NCBI RefSeq assembly: GCF_963921235.1
Contig: NC_086097.1
Span: 197,782,001-197,846,000, forward strand
Direction: 5' to 3'
Source: Mobula hypostoma
Taxonomy: Eukaryota
DNA: 64,000 nt
Positions within the stretch are counted from its first letter, which is position 1. Every line of letters begins with the position of its first letter. The notes beneath the pieces are model-generated. The model ran no database searches. It had not been told where the DNA came from and worked only from the letters and a program-made list of their open reading frames with translations. Both the position numbers and the translations under genes were made by a program. Positions 1-9,985 of this stretch are shown here, piece after piece.

Positions 1-612
1 CTATCCTTGAATAGGCTGAATGAGGGAAAGAGTAATATGTATAATCTTTACTAGTAGGGTGTAATTCCCTCCAGACATCTATAATTCCCAACTCCTCCAT
101 CAATGAATTCACTTTCCGAGTCAGAGGTTTATTCTGAGTAACTATTCTTGAAGAATCTAATATAGGATTTAATCTAATATTAAAATCCCCTCCACAAATT
201 ACTACCCCTTTAGAACTGACCATTAGGTCAAAAATGTGTCTATAAAATGACCAATCACTACCTGGAGGAGCATAAACATTCAGCAATGTTATTTCTGTAC
301 CTTCTATTCTTCCTGTGGTTTTTACAAACCGTCCTTCTTTGTCTCTAGTCTCTGAAATATGTTCATAATTAAGAGTACTTGATATTAAGGTAGCTACCCG
401 TCTTTTGTGACTCAATTTATATGATGAATAAAATACATGCTTAAAGCCCATTCTTTCTAATTTTCCATGTTCAGATTGGCTCATATGTGTTTCCTGGAGA
501 AAAGCTATTTGTGCCCTCTCTTTTTTCAATTTAGACATAATCTTATTTCTTTTAATTGGATTCAAAACCCCTTAACATTATAGGAAATTATTTTTACCAA
601 TTCAGTTTGCAT
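1..612 (-). pseudogene. L1 ORF2 N-terminal APE endonuclease (partial), 1-bp deletion at ~571
   Basis: Manual translation: MQTELVKIISYNV / LNPIKRNKIMSKLKKERAQIAFLQETH..LLNVYAPP..ICGGDFN..IDVWRELHP..YTYYSFPHSAYSRI. Confidence 0.9.
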
Positions 613-974
613 TTTTCTCTAGTAGAAAAAAAACACTCTCCTTTTCTAACCAAACAGTAAGCAATCCCTTCTCAACAGTAAACCAAGACATATAACCACA
701 CCCTAGACATTTCTGAACGTGTAACATTTGAAAATTTTTCCCGACTTCCCACAGTGAGGCCTGAGCACCGACCCACCTCAGTTCAGAGGGATAACCTCTA
801 TCTTCACCCTGTGTTAGAGGGCCCTCAGCAGTTTGAATAATCATAGAGAATTTTCTCCTATTTATGTCTCGACCATATTGCTATCATTCAAGTTATTCCG
901 CCTAGTTTATTTTCAGTTACCAGTTTTCATTTTACTTTTAAGTCCGATTTACTCTTTTCAGTCATTTCTCTTAA

Positions 975-1962
975 TTAATCTGTATTCTCTGTACATTCGC
1001 GTCTGAATATTTGCAGCTTTTCCTTGTAGTTTGACACTCTGGTTCGAGTGGAGCGTCCTCGCCCCACTAACTGCCACGACTTCTGCCGAATCCTCTCCAG
1101 TAGCGACTCCGGTTGGGTGATAACTTTAATAGGTAGTCCCCGGTCCGCCAGGTCCAACGTTGCCTCCTCCACCGTAGCGTAAGTTTTTGTCCCTTCGTCG
1201 TAAAAGACTCTCAGCCGAGCTGGATACAGGGTCTGGAATCTGATGTTGTTTTCCTTCAGGATCCTCCGTGTTTCCGTATATTCCTTCCGTCTGGCAAGAA
1301 TCCCCGGTGCGTAGTCGTGGTCTAAACTGATTTTGCAGTTGTTCCACATGAAACCTTTCTTTTGCCATGCTCTTTTAAGCACCTCTTCCTTCGTTCTGTA
1401 ACTGAGAAATCTGATCAGAATCGATCTGGGCTGGGCGCCTGCCGGAGGCTGTGGTGCCAACGCGCGGTGAGCCCTTTCTATCTGTAGGTCTTTTGCGGCC
1501 GGTATATCAAGGTTCTCTCTAAGCAGCTTCTCCACGAAGGGAATCATCAATCCGGGTTTTCCTTCGGTTCCTTCGGGAACTCCGTAGATCCTCACATTTT
1601 AGTCTTCTCGTGCGGCCTTCTTGATCTATTAGTTTCCACTGGAGCTGGTCTTGTAGCTTCAGCATTTCTGCTATCACTTCCTCGGCGTTTTGTAGCTTCT
1701 CTTCAATTCCAACAATCCTCGCTTCGGCTTCATCTATCCGCGAGTTAGTTTTTACTATTTCTCCTTTAATATCTTCCAGCTGTTCGCTGTTATCTTGTCG
1801 GAACTCGCGAATCTCTCCGAGAATCAAAGACAGAGTCACCGATTCCCCCTCATTATCTCCGTCCTGGCTTGCCGTGGGGGAGCTAGGCCCGTCGCCTTGC
1901 TGCGTCTCTTTATGTTTATCAGCCTTCGAAGCGGACTTTTTATTCTTGTTCTTAGACATCAT
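975..1962 (-). pseudogene. L1 ORF1p (coiled coil + RRM + CTD), split by one frameshift at ~1597-1600
   Basis: ORFs 1519-1962 and 975-1595 join as EGRTRRL-NVRIYGVPEG if one A is removed from an A4 run; motifs IERAHR, PRSILIRF, DHDY, LYPARLRV are typical of L1 ORF1p. Confidence 0.9.
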
Positions 1963-2061
1963 CCTTGCCCCTTTTATTAATATAGTTATGCAATATTAAG
2001 TGTTTGTCTAAATTCGATTTTGGGGCAGTTTACCTTCTTTTTTGTCGAGAGACCTTTTCCT

Positions 2062-2098
2062 TACGCCGCCATTTCCTTGATGAGCCGGAAGTCCCCCC
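2062..2098 (-). promoter_or_regulatory. Putative L1 internal promoter: ETS (ACTTCCGG) and YY1 (AAATGGCGGC) motifs
   Basis: On plus strand CCGGAAGT 2085-2092 and GCCGCCATTT 2065-2074, at the extreme 5' end of the element. Confidence 0.65.
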
Positions 2099-2124
2099 TT
2101 ATTAGTCTATGTTCTATGTTCTTT

Positions 2125-2640
2125 ACCAGCTAGTCGAATGGTATAGCAACAACCTCAATGTTAGCAAGACCAAAGAGCTGACTGTGGATTTTAGAAAGGG
2201 TAAGCCAAGGGAATAGAAACCAATCATCATAGAGGAATCAGAAGTGGAGAAAGTGAGCAATTTCAAGCTTCTGGATGTCAAGGTCTCTGAGGATCCGACC
2301 TGGACGTAACATATTGATGCAGCTTTGAAGAAGCGAAGACAGCAACTGTATTTCATTAGGAGTTGAGGAGATTTGGTTTGTCACCTAAAACACTTGAAAA
2401 CCTCTACAGATGACCCGTGGAGAGCATTCCGACTGGCTGCATTACCATCTCGTTTGGGTTGGGGTGCTACTGCACAAGATCAAAGTAAATTGCAGAAATT
2501 TGTAAAATTAGTTAGCTTCGTCATGGGTAATAGCCTCTGTAGTATCCAAGAGATCTTCAGTGAGCAATGACTCGGGAAGGCGGCATCCATAATTAAGTGC
2601 CCCCACCACCCAAGATATGCCCTCTTCTCATTGTTATCAT
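2125..2640 (+). mobile_element. Rex1/Babar-type LINE 3' fragment, degenerate
   Basis: Remnants LNVSKTKELTVDFRK, VEKVSNFKLL, KKRRQQLYFIR of the post-RT region. Confidence 0.75.
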
Positions 2641-2734
2641 CTTCAATTATATGTAGGGTTTCAGAAGCTTAGGACTGTATCATTTTTATTGTATTATCTC
2701 CTTTTGTAATCTTGGTCAAGTTTTCTTGTTTAGA

Positions 2735-3065
2735 GATGGCTTAATGATGTAGCCAATAGAGTTGCTCTCTCACAGCTGCAACAAACTGTATTCAAACCTG
2801 ATTTCTAGTGCTGTCTGTATCGAGTTTACAGGTATCCCCTTGAACTGTTTAGGAGTCCACAAGGTGCTCCAATCTGCTCTCCCATTACAAGAAAATACTG
2901 GTTAATTTATTAGTAGTATAGAATCTGGGAAAAGTAGGAGGCGTTTGTGGAAATATGGGGAGAATAAATGGATGGGGGTAAAATGGGTTATTAATAGTGG
3001 CACAGACTTTGTTGGTTGAAGGAGTAATTTCCATATTATTGATTTTAAAATATATTGAGTGAGCT
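2735..3065 (+). mobile_element. Degenerate tRNA-derived SINE (V-SINE/HE1-like)
   Basis: Resembles the SINEs at 55933 and 57691 (gctgtctgt..gagttt..ggtgctcca..ctcccat; ggttaatt). Confidence 0.45.
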
Positions 3066-3109
3066 GACAAAATAATGATAAGAAACGCAATGCAAAAATT
3101 GTTTATTGT

Positions 3110-3490
3110 ATGTAGAACATAGAACAATTTAGCACTTGGCAGACCATTTGGCCCACGGTGTTTTGCTGATCTTGTTGTCAATTTATACTAAATATTCTCC
3201 TCTCGTATATTATCCATGTCCCAGCATTCCCTTCAAGTTCACTAGTCTATCGGAAAGTTCCTTAGGCTCCACCAAGCTGCTCATTTCCTTTATTATCCTT
3301 GATAACTTATTTCAAGCAGCTTTTCTACGTACAAATCCTTGCTGCTCATGTACTTTTTAAACTCCCCACCCCCATTTAATCTTAAAAGCACATCTTCTAA
3401 TGTTTGGCTTCACATGAAATACATTTCTATCCTGGGGAAAAGATTTTGACTGTTTACCCTATCCATGCCTTTGCACATTTAAAAAAAACT
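3110..3490 (-). mobile_element. CR1 LINE 3' end, degenerate
   Basis: agaacatagaac tail repeat followed by ccatttggccc, as in other CR1 3' ends in the window. Confidence 0.6.
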
Positions 3491-3499
3491 TCTAGTAGG

Positions 3500-6286
3500 C
3501 GACCCTCTCTGCCATGAGGAGGTACTTGGCATCCCTATCTGTCTCCCTTCCACACCTCTAGGACACTTTCTTCACCATTAGTAATGGACCTGCCCATTAT
3601 TTCATCCTCCGTCGGATCCATGCGTGCAATCACCGTTTCTTAGACTTTGTCATGTTAGGCAAGGATCGCAAGATCTTCCATCTGCAGACCCCAGAGCCTG
3701 CTGGCTCTGATGCTAGCAGGCATGAACTTCAGATTATGGCCCCCGCCATTGATCTCAGCGACTCCACCAACCCAGGGTATATTCAAAACCTGCACTCCAG
3801 CACCATCAGTGTGGGCTCCAACAACCATGGACACCTTCAAAGCAGTTGCACAACCTCCAACTGTGACTCCAGCCTTGAACTCCAGTCCGGGTCTTCACAT
3901 GCTGCTATTGTGTCTCCTGTCTCCCCTTACCCCACCACCACTCTGCTACCCCGTCTGCCTCAGATCCCACCATCAGCTCCTGGGCCCTCAGAGGCTCCAT
4001 CTTCCTCTCACCCCAACCCTCCCTTCTCCACTGACACTACCAGCCTCCCCACCCCCCCCTCTGATCCTAGCTCTCATCCATGCCGGGTCTTTACCATCCC
4101 CTCCGACCTTCAACTCTCTGAGGCAGAGTACTCTGTCCTCAGTAAGGGCCTTACCTTTGTCCCCCTTCGCCCACACCTCAGCGAGTTCTGTGTTCGCCAT
4201 GATGCGGAACTCTTCTATCACCGGCTCTGTCTCCGAGCCTACTTCTTCGGCAAGGACTCTTCCACCCCCACCGATGACCCCTTCTCCCATCTTCAACCCT
4301 CCTCCTCTTCATGGACACCCCGCTCTGGTCTTCTGCCTGCTCTGGATCTCTTTATTGCTAAATGCCGACGGGATATCAACCGTCTCGACTTCACCACACC
4401 TTGTTCCAATTCCAACCTTCCTCTTTCCGAATGCTCTGCTCTCCACTCCCTCCGCACTAATCCTAACCTTACTATAAAACCTGCCAATAAAGGGGGGGGT
4501 GCTGTGGTAGTCTGGTGTACTGACATCTACCTTGCCGAGCCACAGTGACAACTTGCTGATACCTCCTCTTATTTACCCCTCAATCATAACCCCACTAAGG
4601 AGCACCAGGCCATTGTTTCCCACACCATCACCGACTTTATCCGCTCAGGGGATCTCCCATCCACTGCCACCAACCTTATAGTTCCCACACCCCGCACTTC
4701 CCGTTTCTACCTCCTACCCAAGATCCACTAACCTGCCTGTCCAGGTAGACCCATTGTTTCAGCTTGCTCCTGCCCCACCAAACCCATTTCTGCATACCTC
4801 GACACCGTTTTATCCCCCCTTGTTCAATCCCTTCCCACCTATGTTCATGACACTTCTCACGCTCTGAAGTTTTTCAATGATTTTAAGTTCCCTGGCCCCC
4901 ACTGCTTTATTTTCACCATGGATGTCCAGTCCCTATATACCTCCATCCCCTACCAGGAAGGTCTCAAAGCTCTCTGCTTCTTTTTGGATTCCCGACCTAA
5001 ACAGTTCCCCTCTACCACCACTCTCCTCCATCGAGCAGAATTGGTCCTTACCCTTAATAATTTCTCCTTTGGCTCCTCCCACTTCCTCCAAACTAAAGGT
5101 GTAGCCATGGGCACCCGTATAGGTCCCAACTATGCCTGCCTTTTTGTTGGCTTTGTGGAACAATCCATGTTCCAAGCCTATACTGGTATCCGTCCCCCAC
5201 TTTTCCTTCGCTACATCGACGACTGCATTGGCACTGCTTCCTGCACACATGCTGTGCTCGTTGACTTCATTAACATTGCCTCCAACTTCCACCCTACCCT
5301 CAAATTTCACCACCAAGCACATCTTTCCCTCCCCCCTTTCTGCTTTCCACAGGGTTCGCTCCCTATGCAACTTCCTTGTCCATTCGTTTCCCCCCCCCCC
5401 ATCCCTTCCCACCAATCTCCTGGCACTTATCCTTGTAAGCGGAGCAAGTGCTACACTTGCCCTTACACTTCCTCCCTCACCACCATTCAGGCCCCAGACA
5501 GTCCTTCCAGGTGAGGTGACACTTCACCTGTGAGTCGGCTGGGGTGATATACTGCGTCTGGTGCTCCCGATGCTGCCTTCTATATATTGGTGAGACCCGA
5601 CGCAGACTGGGAGACCATTTCGCTGAACACCTATGCTCTGTCCGCCAGAGAAAGCAGGATCTCCCAGTGGCCACACATTTTAACTCTACACCCCATTCCC
5701 ATTCTGTTATGTCTATCGATGGCCACCTCTACTGTCAAGATGAAACCACACTCAGGTTGGAGGAACAACACCTTATATTCCATCTGTGTAGCCGCCAACT
5801 TGATGGCATGAATATTGACTTCTGTAACTTCCACTAATGCCCCTCCTCACCTTCTTACCCCATCCCCTATTTATTTATTTATCTATCTACCTACTTATTT
5901 ATTTATTATTATTTATTTTTTTCCCCTTTCTCTCTCTTTTTCTCCCTTTGTCCCTCTCACTATAACTCCTTGCCTGCTCTCCATCTTCCTCTGGTGCTCC
6001 CTTCCCCCTTTCTTTCCCCATAGGCCTCCCATCCCATGATCCTCTCCCTTCTCCAGCCTTGTATCCCTTTTCCCAATCAACTTCCCAGCTCTTAGCTCAA
6101 TCCTTCCCCCTCCTGTCTTCTCCTATCATTTCAGATCTCCCCCTCCCCCTCCCACTTTCAAATCTCTTACTATTTCTTCTTTCAATTAGTCCTGACGAAG
6201 GGTCTCGGCCCGAAACGTCGATTGTACCTCTTCCCATAGATGCAGCCTGGCCTGCTGTGTTCCACCAGTATTTTGTGTGTGTTCCC
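3500..6286 (+). mobile_element. Penelope-like element (Neptune-type): RT + Cys linker + GIY-YIG endonuclease, inactivated
   Basis: VLSKGLTFVP, IKPANKGGGAVVV, MDVQSLYTSIP, QTKGVAMGTRIGPNYACLF, FLRYIDD; linker CKRSKCYTC; VIYCVWCSRCCLLYIGET..EH..PVATHFN..H; stops at 4546 and 5517; internal deletion at ~5309; TSD tctagtagg at 3491-3499 and 6287-6295. Confidence 0.93.
6187..6224 (+). ncRNA. Minimal type I hammerhead ribozyme in the PLE 3' region
   Basis: agtc-CTGACGA-A-GGGT(CTCG)GCCC-GAAAC-GTC-gatt: intact CUGANGA/GAAA core, 4-bp stem II, palindromic ACGT in place of stem III, GUC cleavage triplet. Confidence 0.8.
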
Positions 6287-6829
6287 TCTAGTAGGAAAGA
6301 TGTGATTTAAAATATGACTTTTTAAAATAGATTGTCCTCAAGCTTTTAGATACATTTGTGTTATTTTTCCATTGGGTGAATACTCTGTATTTCATTTGCG
6401 CCCATGCAGGCCAAACGGAGAAGATAGAAGCTGTTAATATTTTTCACATTTATTTCCTATTTAAATAATGTTGTACTAGAAACTATTGAATGAAATTTGG
6501 TTAGTTACCACTAAACAGTTTTAGGAGCAGGTAATAATAACCTGAATCCCTTGAACTGCTTTAATTAATACCTCAAACACAGTACGCTTCAGTACTTTTC
6601 TAATTTTGATGTAAATTATGTTCTTGTACTGTATTTACTTTTGCTATTACAAAAAGCCAAATCAGTCCTTGCTGTCACATTCTGACATTTTATATTCTTA
6701 CCCATGGCTTGATACACTGTTTTATAACTATGCTGTTTAGTTCAGACAGCAACCATCGTTCAACACAAGGAATAAAAGATTATTATGGCACGACTGTATG
6801 TCTCCCTCTTTCCTAGAACAGATGAGAAT

Positions 6830-7060
6830 CATGAGACCATAAGATATAGCATTAGAATTGGGCCATATGGCCCATCAAGTCTGTTCCACCATTTCATCAT
6901 GGCCAATCCAATTTCCCTCTCAACTCTAATCTCCTGCCCTCTCCCCATATCTCTTCATGCACTGACCAATCAAGAATCTATCAACCTCTGCCTTAAATAT
7001 ACATAAAGACTTGGTCTCCACAGCTGTCTGTGGCAAAGAATTCCACAGATTCACCACTTT
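6830..7060 (-). mobile_element. CR1 3' fragment
   Basis: cataaga tail and similarity to the 3' end of the CR1 at 33211. Confidence 0.7.
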
Positions 7061-7837
7061 CTTGCTGGAACCCTGAACCAGCTTATATTTTTACTATATG
7101 TTTATTGCATTCAAACATTTTAAATGTTCTTTTAATCAGCTATTTAATATACTATTATATTCATCAAGAACTGCTGAAAGAAATTCTTCTTGACAAGCTA
7201 GCTGCCCGTAAACCCCACTCACAAAAAGCTTAATCAGTAAATCAAAAACCAGTTGGTTGTTACTATAAATACAGTCATTTGATTGCAGCTACTGAGGAAA
7301 AGAGGAGAGTGGAGCACGCAGAGGATGGAGCAGCAATACCAAATCAGCCCTTATTTCTGAAATATTTTGGTGGCTCCCCTACTATCTACCTGATGCAACA
7401 CCTGGGGTTTCAAACCTGAGTATCCCCACTGAGATTTCACTCAGTCCCAAGTAGCTGTTCACATGGACTCTTACCGCCTGAAGCAGGCTTTCCATCTAAT
7501 AGGCCATTGGTGTGTTAATTGGTCTGTTGGTAGAGAGGAACCCTGCACTGATGTATAAATGAGGACTGAGTGTCCTCATAATCTAATCTAATACTTTATA
7601 TGGAACATTGAGTAAGTCTGTCATCTGGTTTTCCTGACCTCACCATACCTACCTACATTACACCTATTCAGGTCTAGACTGCAGGCTAAAATCTAGCCTA
7701 AAGACATACAGAAGGAAGGTACAGTGTAGGTGAGTATTTCTAGAGAATGCAAGTTATCACTAACTGTGCTGTTGATCATAGTGATAGACCACATGTTGAC
7801 TGGTGCAGTTAATCAACATTTCTAGATATTTAATATA

Positions 7838-8180
7838 AGATCATAAGACATAGGAGCAGAATTAGGCCATTTGGTCCTTCAAGTTTGCTCCACCATTCCA
7901 TCTTGGCTGATTTATTATCTCTCTCAACCACATACTTTTGCCTTCTTTCTGTAATCTATGATACCCTTATTAATCAAGGACTTAATCAACGTCCGCTTTA
8001 AATATGCCCAGTGACTTGGCCTTCACAGTTGTCCATGGCAATGAATGCCACAGATTCACCACCCTCTGGCTAAAGAATTCCTCCTCATCTCTTTTCTAAC
8101 AGGACATACTTTCATTCTGAGGCTGTGCCCCTTGGTCCTGCGTTCCGCCCACTATAGGAAACATCCTCTTCACATTAACT
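7838..8180 (-). mobile_element. CR1 3' fragment
   Basis: cataagacataggagcagaattaggccatttgg matches 33218-33250. Confidence 0.75.
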
Positions 8181-8984
8181 ATATGTACATTAAATGGTAT
8201 TATCTAACATTAAAAAGCCTGGTTCTGTAGAAGAATATTATAATGTGCTTTTCTGACTTTCAGAAACAGAACTGAAGCAGAACTGACATTCAGAAAAACC
8301 ATGAAATAAACATATTCTGTTATATTTTATTGCACATTTTTGTCCCAAGTAAAATATGCAAGGAAGGAGAACTTATCCAAGACAAAAATAACTTTGGAAT
8401 GAATGGTTTTTCATGCTGTAGTGGAATCTGAAGTCTCAGCCTCAGTTGAATTAGTTAAAGGGATTGTTTATTAGTTTTTTGAATATATTTAAGATTTTCA
8501 CTACACAACCATGGGGCAGTGTAGCTTGAAGAGCCTGAAGAGACTACTCTGCACTGTTTATTAATAAAAAATAAATTAACTGGGTCAGGAATAGTGAACA
8601 AGTTTGATTTTCTGCTTTTGAGCCTGGCATATAAAGCTCCAGGGTGAGAATTCTGGTTACCTGTCTTTTTTCCTGAAAGACTCTAGGAAAAAATCAAACT
8701 GTGTTTCATGGCATTTAGATATTGGTGTGAATAGCAAGATGATCAGTACATAATTAATAGATATAACAAAATACCAGTTTATTTCTGTCAATTTGATTTG
8801 ATTAGTCGGATTCATTTTTGATAGCACATCCTTAATTATGAAACACAAGCAATGGACAAATTGGCCAAGGACATTCGGAAAATCTGTGCCATTTCTGTCT
8901 GTTACTTTAGAATGACTGGACTGAAACTCATACAATTATTAATCCTGTGCAGTATTTTGTGTACCTTTTTGGAAAGTAAGCAAA

Positions 8985-9985
8985 GTACATCATGTACCTT
9001 CTTCCTGATGGCAGCAATGAAAAGAGAGCATAGCTTGGATGGTGAGGGTCCTGGATGATGGATGCTCTTTTGCGCGACAGTGCTACTTGTAAATGTGATC
9101 AATGGCGGGGTGAGCTTTCATGTGATGGGCTGGGCTGTATCCACTACTTTATGTAGTTTTTTTTTTCATTCAAGGTCATTGGTGTTCCCATATCAGTTCA
9201 CATATTCTCCACTGTGCATCTATAGAAGTTTGCCAAAATTTTAGATGAACGATTATGTGGTTTAGGCTGTTAGAGAGTTGAGAACTTCAATTCCCAGGAG
9301 TGAACATCAGTAATAGCCTGTCCTGATCCAACTATGTAGATGCCACGACCAGGAAGGCTCACGAATGTCTCTACTTCCTAAAGGCTAAAGAATTTTGTCC
9401 TTGTTAACATTCACTAATTTTTATCAAACCACAAAAGAAAGCACCATTCTTATTGAATTGTGGAGCAGGCTCAACAGGCCAGCTAGCCTACTCCTTTTCC
9501 TATTTTTTATGTTCTTTTTTATGTTGAGTCTCAACATGTACAAGACCAAAGAGATGATTGTGGACCTTAGGAAGGTGCAGACTGATCACTCCTCACTGCA
9601 CATGCACAGCTTCTCCATAGAGAGAGTTAGGAGCACCAAGTTTCTGAGATTGCACATAACTGGTGATCTGACTTCGTCCCTCAACACTCCTTCTTTGGTC
9701 AAGAAAGCACAGCAGTGTCTCCAGATCCCGAGGAGATCGAGGTGAGCTTCTTCCCCTAGGTCATTAGACTACTGAACTTCCTGCTGCCACCCAGTTCTCA
9801 TCACGTATTAAGTGCCAATAGCATTATACTTCTTTTTAAATTGGTATTGTATTTGCAACTTATTATTTGTTAATTTATTTGTGGTAATACTTTATGAGTG
9901 TGAGTTATATGTGCTCTGTGGTGTATCTTGGTCCAGACTGTATACATGTGTTCAGTTGAATGACAATAAACTGAGCTTGTACTTG
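8985..9985. mobile_element. Cluster of Rex1/Babar fragments (minus ~8985-9245, plus ~9270-9985)
   Basis: LNMYKTKEMIVDLRK, IERVRSTKFL, VKKAQQCL; 3' tail gacaataaactgagcttgtacttga. Confidence 0.65.

Larger units (their letters stand above)
1..2098 (-). mobile_element. L1-clade LINE, 5'-intact, continues beyond window start
   Basis: On the minus strand: 5' end GGGGGGACTTCCGG..AAATGGCGGCG, short 5'UTR, L1-type ORF1, ~360-bp spacer, then the APE endonuclease at the start of ORF2. Confidence 0.93.

Noticed and set aside
3710..4477. 255-aa alternative-frame ORF and antisense ORFs in the PLE
   Set aside because: By-products of C-rich strand bias over the PLE coding frame; no motifs
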